DNA from: Priapulus caudatus
Lineage: Eukaryota
NCBI RefSeq assembly: GCF_000485595.1
Contig: NW_014577076.1
Coordinates: 1,042,647-1,106,646 of the forward strand
DNA length: 64,000 bases
Reading direction: 5' to 3'
The notes beneath the pieces were generated by a model. The model ran no database searches. It saw only the letters and a program-made list of their open reading frames with translations, and was not told the origin of the DNA. Positions 29,972 through 43,212 of this stretch are shown here, piece by piece (positions within the stretch are counted from its first letter, which is position 1; each line of letters opens with the position of its first letter). Position numbers and translations under genes: made by a program.

Positions 29972-30784
29972 ATATACACGTAAATATATATATACTCGTA
30001 AGTGCGCGCGCGCGTATGTTGTGCGCGCATGCGAGTGTGCTTGCGCGAGTGCTAGTAGCAGCGTGGTAGCTTCTCTACCCATAACATTCTATGGCATACG
30101 GAAGCTATAGGCATTCTCTTGTTGTGATGGATGCGCGCTGAAACGAATCCATGAGTCCGGATCTTGTGATGGACGATTCTTGTGATGGACATTAATGTTA
30201 TTGGAATTAACCGGAAATGTTTGCGGAAATGAAGGTGACCGACGCCCTATTGTTTACAAGCTTCATATTTAGTATCCAAACAGAAAATTGTCTGAATAGA
30301 AAATGCACTTGTCTCGGGAACATAGCGGAAGCGTTAATTACGACTTCCGAATAGATTTAAACAAGTCGTCAACAGTGCGAGTCAAGATAAACCGTACAGC
30401 TTTGTGTTCAACGTGTAGTTGTATGTAGTTAGATATCCGATTGTACTACTATGAACCACCGTAGCTTAAGCGAATACGGTGAGGTGGAAGACCCCGTGTT
30501 AGAGTCGCACTAATACTAGCTCTATAAAGATTACCCAGCCTCGGGCAGACGTAGATGAATGCTGATGTTAGACTTCTGTAAAATAATCGTCGTGCATTTT
30601 ATAGCATAGCCATATATCGTACAGTAGTACAGCATTTTGCTGATTTACCCGAGAGTGGGTGAGGTGGGGCGTCAGCTCGTCCCGAATAACACCGCAGTAC
30701 GAAGGCAGATCGGCAAGGGCAAGAGCTACTACAAGCCACCAATGATTCACGCAGCAGGTTCCACCGAGAACCTTATAATAACAT
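19448..30784 (-). CDS. Cryptic multi-Ig plus Frizzled-CRD (ROR/MuSK-ectodomain-like) gene, frameshifted in this sequence (read errors or pseudogene)
   Basis: Minus-strand fragments in domain order: signal-peptide-like HWWLVVALALADLPSYCG with a GTAAAT donor (30649-30784); Ig motifs RID(W)FHDD, VNHVSLDE and G(T)Y(R)C (about 29500-29760); KCIVTG and TYTSLLYI (about 29130-29460); YKGN, QLLIED..LE.GRLSC and QILTVD (21238-21511); a clean phase 1-1 exon at 20975-21115; LTIYN and FGNAK..VTLL (20450 to about 20680); CRD motifs at 19448 to about 19880. Motifs were joined by hand across frameshifts. Confidence 0.5.
20975..21115 (-). CDS. Ig-domain N-terminal half exon (LFFVKPLSRDTIKVGRVEKCLCQTDGSVTDV...)
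   Basis: tttcag acceptor, G|gtgaaa donor, 141 bp open phase 1-1; F-x-K-P-L...V-G...C-x-x-x-G is an I-set-like pattern. Confidence 0.55.
22055..23050. repeat. Degenerate tandem repeat, about 11/22-bp unit ACACGCACGTACACGCAG(A/G)T
   Basis: Directly visible; source of the many Cys/Val/Arg-rich spurious ORFs. Confidence 0.9.
23200..25300 (-). mobile_element. Possible Polinton/Maverick relic
   Basis: AT-rich coding-like DNA; scraps ITVNI..DIEL...QNQSGGMFLPTAL, KEAEEQQ-type coiled-coil repeats, SGVAIPSTPQADKDVV. Confidence 0.3.
26744..27280. mobile_element. Harbinger/PIF-like MITE
   Basis: TIRs GGCGCGTTCACACGG / CCGTGTGAACGCGGC; internal GGCCCGAG/GGCTCGAG repeats; a second terminus of this family at about 21889-21937. 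Confidence 0.75.
27652..28067. other. Assembly gap flanked by (GATA)n and (CA)n
   Basis: Run of N. Confidence 0.99.
29882..29966. repeat. (AT)n microsatellite
   Basis: Perfect dinucleotide run. Confidence 0.97.
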
Positions 30785-32451
30785 TATACCGGACGGCGTT
30801 CAGAAGGAGCTCCGTGTGTCGGTGTGTGTGTCGGTGTCGCATGTCACCCGTGGGTGCCGACCATCGTTCTATACAGCCTTCGAGAAATAATATGTTTGGG
30901 AACTACTAACCTCTTTTGGGAAAGAGTGTAGTGCGGCCTATTTAGATGCCGTCTCATATATAGCATTTAGCATATATAGAATATAGCATATATAGCATAT
31001 ATTTAGCGTAGCATTCGACGTGCCTGCTGTTTTCATGATTCTTTACTGATCCCTGAAAGATTAGTCGAATAATAGCTTGTTTTACAGGCGATGCTTACGG
31101 AAGATATAGTTCTCTCATGGATGGACGCTTAGTGCAAATTCTCTTCACGTGGCCTACGATGTCGACATGCCCAATGCCCTGCGCACCAAAACATATTATG
31201 TCTAACACGCCCTCACGACTGAGCACATTATTTTCCATAAATCCATTAATTTCGCCACTTAGCGTAATAACAAACATTCACACGGGTGCTGACATGTAAT
31301 GGGTGCGCGCACGCGTTCGTCAGTAACCACGCACCTTCCGGTTCGTAAGGTGGGTTGGCGGACCCAGTCACATCGGTGTGGTAAACTTAGATCGCTTGAG
31401 TGCGCATAATTATTGTGAAGCGCTATCAGCAAGTTTGATTTACTCTCGTCCGTATACAAGTAAATTGACTGCGCACACACATACACCACCTCTGCTTTTG
31501 TCACAAGTACGCATTGCAGAGATCGTCTATGTTCTCTGTAAAGCTCCCGGTAGAAGCTCGAGTAACGAAAGCGCTGATGTCTTTTTACACGATTGCTTCA
31601 TAGCGAGTGTTCTATGACGACATGTCGCTGTCCGCGTTCACAATGGTAAAACTATCGGGTGAAATCATCCGCTCTAGTGTGCTCGGCACGTCTACGCATC
31701 GACACATTGTTCGCAGACAATAAATCTATTTACTTGTCGTGACACGATATCTTGCTATCGTATCTCTAGGACCCCATCATGCCGCCGCGATAAGTATAAC
31801 CTAGAACGCTGGAGATTAGCTAGAACAATATTTGAACGTAGATCAAGTAGATTCGTTGCTTCTTATGCAGCTACCTTTTTAAGTTCACAAACGCGGTTCG
31901 GTATAATGGTGAACACAGTTTCTGCGCATGTCCAAATAAACGCACTAAATTGTCCCTACATTGTAACATGCCACTTAGATTACTATAATGTGTTTATGCC
32001 GAAGCTCTTTTTGTCAGGTTCAGAAAATTTCGTTGATTTCCTTATTATTAGTAATTTTCTAAATGATATCATAAAACAATGACTGTTTCAATATTACACT
32101 TTTCTTGTTAGTATAAACGTTTCGTGAGTAACAAAAACACTTAAGGTGAATTGAATAAGACTATGATGGATTTCTGAAAGCTATATTTTCCACCAAATTT
32201 TTTAAAATTACTGTCGTTATGATACATTGTATACTTAGTTGACATATATCTCGAAAGAGTATAGCGCTAGAAACGCCCAAAGAGTACAAAAGATGTATGA
32301 CGACATAATGTGGCTTTAAATAGGGACATCCTCCCCTCCCTCTCTTTCTAGAAGGAGTATGCGACTATATGCGTCTTTGGTGGGCGCGGTGCGTGACGTT
32401 GGTAATCAGCCCGTGTCTTGAGCCATTTAGTGGCGTGCCGGTAGTGGGTTG

Positions 32452-33560
32452 TCAGCTAGTTGGTACGGATAGCTTATTCCCGTGACTCGTATTCCGGAAC
32501 TCTTCAATCGTCTGTTGAGCGACGGCGTCAATTGGGCAGCGATTCCAAAGTTCAACGGAGATTGTAGAGAGGGTCTGGTCGTACGCCTTAACTCGTGAGT
32601 ACCGTTGGTAAAATAGTATTGTGCGCTTCAATAGCTGATGTTCGATAGCTTGTGTTAACTCAAACAACTGTTGCGGCAAACAGAATGCCGTTGGACAACG
32701 CATCGTCTTTTCATGAAGTCGACAACGCGATATATTCTAGCATGGCCGTAGTGCTATGTGTCTTTAATCGTATGCGTTACTGCTGAAGCGTACAGCTCGT
32801 CGCTGGACCGCCTGTATGCGGTCTTGATTTGACTCGGTTGATGGATTCCATGCAGAGGAAGCATGTTCGATGGTTTGCTCAACCACGGTTTTAATGGTCA
32901 TGACAAAATGTCCGCGTATGTCTGTGTCCGATATAAAAGAGCTGCAGGTCGATGGCGACTACTATACATATAACAGCATAATACACAACAGATTGAAAAA
33001 TAATCCGCGCAGCTGCAATTTGTGCCTGATGCGTACAGGAATCGCATGTGACCAGGTTATAGCTGTTGTCTCGGTGCCGCTGACACGACGAACCTGTCCG
33101 AGCCTGAAGCGACACAAATTGCTACCCAACCCTATAAGCCTCCATTTTCTGCTGGAGTTGGGCAGGAGACACCGGCATTGTGACCCTGAATCTGCCGCTG
33201 CGTTTTCGCGCGGTAAATCCTAAGTGGATATCGCGAAGTGGGAAACTTCCGGTGTGAAGTCTATTCAGCGGTGCAACTCAGCGTTCGTATTAATGCAATG
33301 GAAATCACCAACAAACGACAGCAGACAACGGCAATTCGACGCGCGAGTATTTTGGTCAGCGGGAGGTGACGATAGGAGTGTGATTAGAAACTATCGTGAG
33401 TGAATGGATAAATATATACTAGCAGTACCCAAAGTTCTGCTCAGCTCGACGGTGGGTTCTCAAATTATTGTTTGCAGCCAAGGACATCCGTCTGACTGCA
33501 GTTTTCTACATGTAATTACTTTCGAACATAAGATTTATGAATTTCCGTTTGTATCCTGTT
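32452..33560 (-). mobile_element. Degraded CR1-group LINE ORF2 relic
   Basis: Minus translation IKTVVEQTIEHASSAWNP...RIQAVQRRAVRF and SRVKAY...VELWNRCP...IEEFR matches the post-RT C-terminus of CR1/L2-group LINEs; the endonuclease-like scraps upstream are weaker. Confidence 0.75.
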
Positions 33561-33899
33561 GCCACAGCAAGACCATTATTATAAAGTAACACGGCGTCCT
33601 AACGTCACGGTTCCGTTAAATCCGGTTTTAATTGTAGTATATACTAATTGTCATGGCTCGACATTCAGCTTAAAGAAATTGCAACTTAATTCGAAAGTTT
33701 TGCATATCGTTATTATTATTGTTAACCGTGCGAATTGAAGGTAATTTACACAAATTGAGTTATTAGCACACCAGAGAAATATTGCTTGTGATATTTAAAA
33801 TATATGAGATGATTGATCTACTGATTAATTATAAAAATTATTTAGCAAAAACTACTATTTATAGCAGGGATAACACTGACAGCTAATAGCTTTTTCGAT

Positions 33900-34400
33900 T
33901 TTTTGTCGCCATTACGCACCAGGCAGTATTCAGTAATAGTTGACAGTATGCGGTAATACCGTAATAGTTGACAGTATGCGCTAATACCGTAATAGTTGGT
34001 GGTATGTGGTAATCGTTTGCAGTGTGTGGTGATAGCTGGCAGTATGCGCTAATGGTTGGTAGTATGTAGTAGTAGTGGTTGAGTAGTATGTGGTTATAAC
34101 AGGAGTGTATAACATAGATGTATATATTATTATACTCCTGGTTATAGTTATGGTGGTAGTTGATTGTCGTTCGCTGGCAATATAGTGAGCCGTGGAGGCT
34201 GGTACTTGGCAGTGAGTGATGGTCGGTGGCGGTGCGTGGTAATAGCTGCTGGAAGTTGCTGAGATAGTTGAGGATCGCTGATGATAGTTGCTGGTAAGTG
34301 GTAGCAATTGCTGATGACCGTTGGTAGTGGGCGATCACTGGAGGGTGTTGGCCGTGTTTCACAGTAGTTCGCCGTGAGTGGTGGTAGTCAGCAGTGGTTT
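33900..34400. repeat. Degenerate low-complexity repeat (GTAATAGTTGACAGTATGCG-like)
   Basis: Recurrent TAGTTG/TAGCTG motifs. Confidence 0.6.
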
Positions 34401-34995
34401 TCATTCTCATGCAGATATATTCAGTAACGCAGTTGACACGCAGGCGTTCTTTGTGCATCTAATGCCAAAAAGCAGTTTGCAAACCGGTGCTTTTCGACGG
34501 CTTTATGGCTAATTCGAACGGAGGCTTTCAGTTATTCAAAATGCCTGCGGAGGAAATGATAAAAGCTATACCGAGAACGTGATTGGTATGCGCATCAACT
34601 TTACAGATTTAGCCCGCTCAGGAAATATTTATGTTAATGCTTAGTGCAATTCTAGCGTAGTATAATTGATTCTAGTATTTGATGTGCGGCCTGCTTATTT
34701 GCATAACCGTGGCCCAGGAGGGGTTGGGCAATACAAACAGTTGCTACCCCCTACAACTCATTAGATTCTGGGGCAAAACGAAACAATATTCCTAGCAAAT
34801 TTGTTGAAGGTAAAATAGAAATTAATAAATGATAGAAGAAAAAAATGTCAGCAGCTTAATTCTACTCTACGTGTGGTTTAGTTCTTAAAACTTTCCAATA
34901 ACGTTTTATCTCGTTATTAGGCCTACTCAGATGCGTCACGAAATGTCTCTCAAATGCCTCGATTTCAGTCATTTATGCCATCTCGTTTATATATT

Positions 34996-35583
34996 ACTAG
35001 CTGGGCTACCCGGCGATGCCCGGGATTTTTTGGGGGTTACTGCTTTTCTGCTATTTCATGCGTTTAGCTGGGCTACCCGGCGATGCCCGGGATTTTTTGG
35101 GGGTTACTGCTTTTCTGCTATTTCATGCGTTTTGTTCTATTGCTTGCGTTTCGGCATTTCATGCGATTGCCTGATTTTGAGCCTGACTATAGTTGAGCGC
35201 TATAGGATTGCAGTTCTAGGATTCATCTTGACTTTTCTGCTGCAGTGTATATAGTCGAGCGCTAGGATTGCTGTTATTGTTAACTTTTCTGCTGTGCTAG
35301 TATTTTTTTGGGGGAAATCTGGGCCAAATCCTATTTGACAACCCCAAGTTTAAAAACCCTAACCCTAACCCTAACCAAACTCACGACATGGGTGTGTAAA
35401 CGCTACTTTTACCGAAATCTGTTGTTTGTTTTTTTGCCCTTAATTTGGCGTTTTTGTGCAAATTGTTTTTGGCTTAAAATGGTCGTCGCATCATGCTGAC
35501 TGAGAATATACCTCACGGGTGACCTCTTACTGGTCTCAAGAAGACAGACAGACAGATAGATCCGGCGATTTATTGTAGGAGAT
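34996..35583 (+). mobile_element. Non-autonomous Helitron/Helentron-like element (Lep1/DINE-1 type)
   Basis: ACTAGC terminus with CCCGGCGATGCCCGGG hairpin (tandemly duplicated, about 68 bp) and (ACAG)n near the other end. Confidence 0.65.
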
Positions 35584-35587
35584 AAAT

Positions 35588-35916
35588 CGCAGTGGCTGGA
35601 GGTACGATAGCCGTCGGTCGTTCAAGCCCCTTTTTTTGCGGTAGGGTTAGGGTTAGGGTTAGGATTAGGGTTAGGGTTAGGTTTAGGGTTATGGTTAGGG
35701 TTAGGTTTAGGGTTAGGGTTAGGGTTAGGTTTAGGGTTAGGGTTAGGGTTCTAGCTCATCTAAACTCTCAAATCGTGAATTTATTTCACGAGGCGTTATT
35801 TCGAAATCAAGCGCCACCGCCGCCATCTTTGTCTCGTTAAGTATGAAAGCGAATGGACTCCCGTACCCGTAGCCTCGAGACATTAAGATACGGCTACCGT
35901 ACCCGTAGCCACTGCC
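35588..35916. mobile_element. Mutator-like MITE with (TTAGGG)n-like core and 9-bp TSD
   Basis: TSD GAGATAAAT at 35579-35587 and 35917-35925; termini CGCAGTGGCT / AGCCACTGCC. Confidence 0.8.
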
Positions 35917-37010
35917 GAGATAAATACGAAAAACTCGAAAATACGAAGTACCTGAGTGCCTGCGAAAAAAATAAGCAGCAAGTTGAGCATTTATACCTTT
36001 CAGCAGTAGTCATGTACGACGCTTTTGTCTCTCCTTCGAAGCTAAATTTGTTTAAACTAACAAAAATAGTCGACAATACAGCTAGAAAAATAGCGGTCAA
36101 AATGCAAATTCAACATGCAGTTGATGGATGAGCAGTGAACGGCATATAGCGCCACCTCGCGGACATTTCTTAAAATAATAAACAATTTTAATTGGAATTT
36201 AAAACTTTTTTATTTTGTGTATATTTTTTTTTTTTTTTGGGACCTTGCCTTTAGGCATCTCGCGACATGCTGCATTAAGAACTATATATGGTTTTGGGGT
36301 GAGCTCATTACGGGGGGAAAAGATGTTCAGAGAAACAGACACCGCAAAACGGCTGCGCCCTTTATATAAGAGATATTGAGATAACATTGTGGAAATAACA
36401 GGAAATTGTTTGTAAAATAAAAAAATTGTTTCCTTAGAATATTTGTTTCTGATAAAACATGTATGTGTGTCATACATCATGCTGCTTTCTCTATAGAACT
36501 AATAACAACGACGGCGTTTATATCTCTTGAATGCGCGTACTTAAGGCGTAGACGAAAGTTTGATTAATGGAGCGCTCTCCATCAATAATATACGCTGCCA
36601 CTGACCTCTTGTGCTAATAATAACAAAGTCAGTGATAGCGGTATATAGTTGATTTGTGTTGCGGGGGTTCGGTGTGACGACGTCCGAGGTCGCGAGCATT
36701 CTGTGCTGCTTCCTGTACTACGCCCTGCACCCCACACGCTAGATACAAGTCAACGCGAGTCATACGTAACGTGTCTCACTGGCGATACGTCCTCGCGTTA
36801 TTACTTACCGACCGATTGCGTCGGTTTTTAAATCATGACGACGAATGCCGCTTGAATGCTTGCCAGGTCGTGTCAAGGCAACGTCTACCTCGTCGTTATG
36901 TACAAACAGCAATCAACGCTAGTGGCTGGAAGGAACAACCACGACGCGAGCGGCACACGCACCGTACCCTCTATACACTCCAGAGGCGTCTAGATCCCGG
37001 CTAAACCACT

Positions 37011-38556
37011 ATGGCTACCGACAGTCCTGTGAGCGGGACACTGACACAGTGGACGTCGAGACGATACGGACGACGTCGCGTCGACCAACGGCCGGGCGAA
37101 ACGGGCACCGGCTCGCGACCAAACAGTTACAAACTCGGAGAGCGGATAGCGGCATCGGAGTCAGTGAATGGCAACCCAGTCTACAACAGGCAACTGAGCG
37201 AGGGCGGAGGAGGCGACGGGGGAGGGTGACCACGGCTTCGCGCAACGGACGAGAATAAAGAAGAGAAACGCTGCCGAGTATTTCCTGCCAGTCCCGGCCC
37301 GCCTGAGCCGCTAATACCGACCGACAAGTAAGTAGGTGCGTGGCTCGGATGTTGAGGACTGAGGGCGACATCGGCGGTCGTTACCCACGGACCTATATTT
37401 GCACGTACGCCGCGCATCTAAAAACATGATTATTATATTATTGATGCGAGAAATATTTGCAGTGTCACTTCGCGGATGCAGATAACAGAGTCTCATCAAT
37501 AACAATTCTTTATCAAGAAGTCCATCTCTTATCTGTTGGACTTCTGATGCTAACTGTCTGCACCCTACTGTGAACGCGATAGTTTAGAATGTCGTCACAG
37601 ATTCATTCTGATCAGCATGAATTGAATCTGTGGATTGTGATTTGAAATCGTTGCTTCTAATATGTGCCCAGGTAACGGTTATGTTTACGCCTACTTCATG
37701 GAACAAAATCGCCGAGATGTAACGCACATAAACGCTTTAATATCAGCAATCACACCCATAAAACAAAAACAGTGCATATACACAAACACAAAGATGCACA
37801 CGTACACGACGCGCGCAGCGCACGGGCACGCACGCATGCAGCACCGCACACTAGATGAAATGGAAGAGATCGAGGGGAGACAAGGGGAGCACGCAGTTCG
37901 TTGCTTTCGTGTTCAGTGGTGTGAGGTGAGACTGTGCAGTCACATTCCGTTATAGATGACAGAATCAACGAATGGGGTTCCCGATTGCAAATTAAAAATG
38001 ATTGTTCGCCACAGTATTCACTGTTTTATCACCAGCTATTTGAAGTTTATACCAGCCGCGATTCTATTTCTGTAAATGGAATTAGAATCCCAGAACCGAC
38101 CCCGCTAAATAAAAAAATGGTATAATTCATTATATATATATATATATGCCGCGTGTCGGTCAGGTGTATGTTAGTCAAGGTTCAACATGCAAATTTTGAA
38201 ATTTCCGTGATATTCTTTAAAAATCTACTGCGTCGAGCATGATGAATGGTTAAAACAAGTATTTATTTTTTTAGGTAATCGCTGCGTAAATGTGTTATCG
38301 TTTCATCTCTCAGCCACCGCGAGATCAAGGTCTGGACAAGTGAAATAGGTGCAGTGATGGCGGGTAACTAGACGCATGCATGATATGTGGAATTTTATTG
38401 CACGTTGACAGGTCGCGCAACACCTACAGGGACGAAGACGAACGAGCCTCAGCAGATCCACTTCATACAGCCAAGGCAAAAGGACATGGCTGATAATCGC
38501 CGGATTTATAATTACATCACCGTCGCTGCTATTTCTAGCAGCGGTGTACATAGCAG
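37011..38556 (+). pseudogene. Frameshifted duplicate of exons 1-2 of the SEA-EGF gene (probably an error-rich redundant read)
   Basis: Same sequence as 43213-44721 with scattered 1-2 bp indels in both exon and intron. Confidence 0.7.
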
Positions 38557-39101
38557 GTAGCGTTTTACAGCGGTGTAACATAGCAAGGTAGGTTTAAACA
38601 GCGGTGTGACAATGGCAGGTAGGTTTACAGCGTTACATAGGGCAGGTACGGTTTACAGCGGTGTAACATAGCAGGTAGGTTACAGCGGTGTACATATGCA
38701 GGTAGGTTTACACGGTGTAACATAGCAGGTAGGTTTACAGCGGTGTACATAGCAGGTAGGTTTTACAGCGGTGTGCCGAGTGGCAGGTAGGTTTACAGCG
38801 GTGTACATAGCAGTAGGTTTACGGCGGTGTACATTAGCAGGTAGGTTTACAAGCGGTGTCCATAACGCAGGTAGGTTTACAGCGGTGTACATAGCAGCGT
38901 AGGTTTACAGCGGTGTACATGCAAGTAGGTTTTACAGCGGTGTAAATGGCAAGTAGGTTCACAGCGGTGTACATAGCAGGATAGGTTTACAGCGTGTACA
39001 TAGGCAGGTAGGTTTACAGCGGTGTGCATAGCAGGTAGTTTACAGCGGTGTCATAGCAGTAGGTTTACAGCGGTGTGCATGGCAGTAGGTTTACAGCGGT
39101 T
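38539..39101 (+). repeat. 27-bp minisatellite in copy A
   Basis: Same unit as 44704-45257. Confidence 0.9.
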
Positions 39102-41197
39102 GTTCACAGGGCACTTCCTAAGATTTGTGTGACGCAATTTTCTTTGTTTATTGAAACTGGAAAGGTCAAAATACTGGTAATTAGGGCACCCAAACGGGAA
39201 TCGGGATTGTTAGGAATTAAGTCCACGCACCATTACCACTATTATTACGGCTGTCCAACTGAACACTGGCTGGCCGCGTTTGTTCAACCTCCCTCAAACA
39301 TTGACATTTTCCACTAACACCTCTAGTACTATAGTTGGTAACTACTCTACCTACGGTGGCAAATATTTCCTCGTCCCGTTCGCTATTTCTCTCTCTCTCT
39401 CTTCTCTCTCTGGTCGTCTCTCTCTCTCGCTCATCTCCTCATCTCTCGTCATCATCTCTCTCTCTCGTCTTCTCCTCTCGTCAGCTCCTCTTGCCGCTCC
39501 TAAAGCCCTCTTCCTCTCTCTCTCATTCCGTCTTCCGTCCTCGCGTCTGTCGTCTCGTCTGCCCATGCCTGCCTGCCTGCCTGCCTGCCTGCCTGGCTGC
39601 TACCTGCCTCCTACCGGCCTGTCTCCCTACCTGTATGTCTGTCTGTCCGTATCTGCGGTATATTAATATCATTCGAACCGCACCGTCCTCGTCTATCGCA
39701 ATAGCTCCCGCTGCCACCCGCGTCCTTATCCACCCACACACACATTCCGCCTGCGTGCCCACGGTAGCACCTGCGCAAGAGCAGTACCTGCATGAGTTCG
39801 CGTGCTGTGCGTAGCCAGTAGCCATGCACAACACTGCCCACGCAGAGCAATGATCGCATTGTCAGGTGAGTAGTCATACATTGCGCGCCCTGTGGAACGA
39901 CCCGCTGGCAGACGCGGCGCGTTCAGAGATGCAAGGTATATACCGCTGTTCAGCAGCTCTGACCTACATCAGCGACAAACAAGAACAGTCTAGCGTTACC
40001 TTCGAGCACGCTTTATCATACAAGTCACTAATGAAAGCGGGTTTGAAAGCGGCACACTAAATACCTGGGGGCGAAATCGGCGCTCCATAGCAGCCGCTAT
40101 AAAGAAATTAGAATAAGAACCCATAAGAAATATCGACGGCGAACGTTAGCTCGCAACACATTTAAGAAAATCTTCTCATACATCAACAGAAAAAAATTCT
40201 ATGAACCAGACAGCAGGCTATCATGTAGGAAGTCGTAATTAATCTAGTATGATGTGTTTTCTACGAAGATCGGAACCCATTTCAACCCTCTCGGTATAAT
40301 GAACCTACTAACATTCTTCAGGTGTTCCATAATTGCATGGGCAGCCTGTTCCAGGAGTACCATTTATCTATATACGACGTCGGACACTTGTATTCTATAA
40401 TTGCCGTCGGCATGGTACTCTGAACATGCTGCGCGATGGCAATTATGGAATACGTTTAGCAATCCCACGATAACTCTGAAAATTCGGCCCTTGTATCCCC
40501 GCAAGAAGCGGAGGTATGCTTGTAAGCGACGCGGCGAGTCCAGCTGCGACATTTTTAGGCGTTCAGGATGAGAACATCTTTGAGTCATCTGTTGAGAATA
40601 AGTAAAATAGGAGAGTTGAAATGACCCAGATTGACTGTTGCGCATTTTCCCAATCATTTTTCGCTTTACTGATTCTTGAAGGCAGGGTCTCGCACGCGCG
40701 TTATATATATATATAATATATAAATCGATCTATCATCTATCTCCTATCTCCCACGTTCTCTCTCGCTCTCTCTGTTCTGNNNNNNNNNNNNNNNNNNNNN
40801 NNNNGGATATGGCCAGTATTTGACATTTTCCGTGTCAGACCCGCGGCTCTTTCATCCGTGAATTACAGCCAGTCTCTGCAACACACACACGTCGCTTTGT
40901 CTTTCTCTAACATCCACCCCCACCCGACTACTCTCTCCCACTCTCGCTTCCGTTCTTGTTCGCTTTTCTGTTTTCCTCTTCCTTTCTTTTTTTTTGCTCT
41001 CTCTCTCTCTTTCATTTACTCTCTGTCTTATTCTCTCTCACTCTCTCACTCGTTTTCTTCTTCTTCTTCTTCGATTTCTTCTCGTATCTCTCTCTCTCGT
41101 CGTCTTCTTCTCGTCTCTCTCTCCACTTTTCCTATTCCTCTCTTTCTCTCTCTCTCTCTTCTCCGTCTCTCTCTCTCTCCTCTCTCTCTCATCTCTC

Positions 41198-41245
<48 letters not shown>

Positions 41246-43212
41246 GTCTGTCTGTCTTTCTGTCTGTCTGTCTCTGTTGTCACGAGTCTACAGCAGTGAG
41301 GTCGCGGGTGGGTAACGTACGGTTAGTGGCATGCAGGCAATGAACTCAGCGGAAAACATTAAGGTGAACCTACGCGCTAACCACGCACAGAACACATAAG
41401 TCGCGCACACTGGTCGCAATTGGGCCTGGGGATAGCAAGCGAAAGTGTACGCGTCCATCCGTGCACTTGGTCGCAGGCTCGTGATTAATCACTGATACTC
41501 TTGTAACGTAAACAGGGACGAACGACAACAGAAAATACTATTAACGAACATGGGACGTTGTCGGGGCACAAAGCTAAACGATGCAATTGGTAATCATCGG
41601 GTCAGACAGAAGAGTACTTACTGAGTTTTTCTATGGACTTGTCACGGGGGACTCTAGTCAGCATTCTTTATGCACCTTCACCCAACTTGCGGTGTTAATT
41701 TACTGGAGAGTGAGGGTGAAGGACAGGATGAGTACGAGGGTTGATGGTCAAAGGAAGGAAGAAGCGTAGCAATGCGGTTACTCCACCGATCCTACCAACG
41801 TGGAAACGGATTGACAACCTTAAAGAGTTGTATGTAGTCCTACACATTTACACGACAGTTTGTCAGCACGTGCATCACTATGGCGACAGTTGCTGTTGCT
41901 CACATTGTTGTTACCAATCATTACTGTTCACAAGGGCGACAATAGAAAAGGGGAATGGGCTACAGCCCCTACAGCCCCTTCCCCTCCGCCGGGAGAAAGG
42001 GCTACAGCCCCTTCTACATGCAGCTACAGCCCCTTCCCCTCCGCCGAGAGAATGGGCTACAGCCCCTTCCCCTCCGCCGGGAGAAAGTAATTTAAACTCG
42101 TCGGGAAATCCATGAGACATTTTGCTCTCGTTCTTTAGGCCTACCTGTAGCCCGGTGCTGTTCACAGTGACTTGCGAAAATAATTGACAAGATAAAAAGT
42201 TCAATTATCTGTACATCTGTTGTAATACAGTTTATCAATAGCTATAGATCAAGAAATTATTTTCGAGTAAAAACGCTAAAGATGAAGTTTGAATCTTTAT
42301 AGCTTGAAAAAACCCCGATGTACTTGTTTTAGATTTGAGCTTTTGGCCCCCTTATACTCGAAATGTAGGTTTAGCCCTCGCCTGTCGGAGGCCTTATATA
42401 TATACAGCCCCACACCGTCGAATACCTTTGCCACGCCTTCCACTCTCACACACACGCGCGCGCAGACCTTGCCTTTAGGCATCGCGACATGCTGATTAAG
42501 AATATATATGGTGTTGGGGGTGAGCTCTTACGGGGGGGGAAAAAGATAGTCAGAAAGACAGACACAAAAACAGGCTCGCCCTTTATATAAGAGATATTGA
42601 AGATAACATTGTGAAATAACAGGAAATTGTTGTAAAATAAAAAAATTGTTTCTTAGAATATTTGGTTTCTGATAAACATGTTATGTGTGTCATACATCAT
42701 GCTGCTTTCTCTATAGAACTAATAACAACGACGGGCGTTATATCCTTGAATGCGTACTTAGGCGTAGACGAAGTTTGATTAATGTACGCGCTCCACAAAA
42801 TATACGCCTGCCACTACCTCTTGTGCTAATAATAACAAATGTCACTATAGCGGTATATAGTTGATTTGTGTGTGTTCGGTGTGACAACGTCGAGGTCGCG
42901 AGCATTCTGTGCTCGCTTCCTGTACTATCCCTCACCCACACGCCTAGATACAAGTCAACGGAGTATACGTAACGTGTCTTCACTGGCGGACACGTCTCGC
43001 GTTATTACCTTACCGACCGATTGCGTCCGCGTTTTAAATCATGACGACGAATGCCGCTTGAATGCTTGCAGGTCGTGGTCAAGGCAACGTCTACCTCGTC
43101 GTTAGTACAAACAGCAATCAACGCTAGTGGCTCGAGGAACAACCACACGCGACGGCACACGGCACCGTACCCTCTATACACTCCAGAGCGTCTAGATCCC
43201 GGCTAAACCACT

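Larger units (their letters stand above)
36241..42464 (+). repeat. Redundant copy A of about 42465-49250
   Basis: Both start gaccttgcctttaggcatc; collinear; split by a 25-N gap at 40780-40804. Confidence 0.9.

Noticed and set aside
33883..34458. 191-aa His/Thr/Tyr-rich ORF
   Set aside because: Overlies a degenerate tandem repeat; no domain motif or splice support
35642..35750. Telomere or chromosome-fusion relic
   Set aside because: The TTAGGG-like run is short, degenerate and enclosed by TIRs and a TSD, so it is MITE-internal
40858..41343. Ser/Leu-rich ORFs (also about 39300, 45500, 47450 and 54850)
   Set aside because: Translations of (CT)n tracts
41955..42085. GCTACAGCCCC repeats as a regulatory array
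   Set aside because: About five short degenerate intronic repeats with no further support
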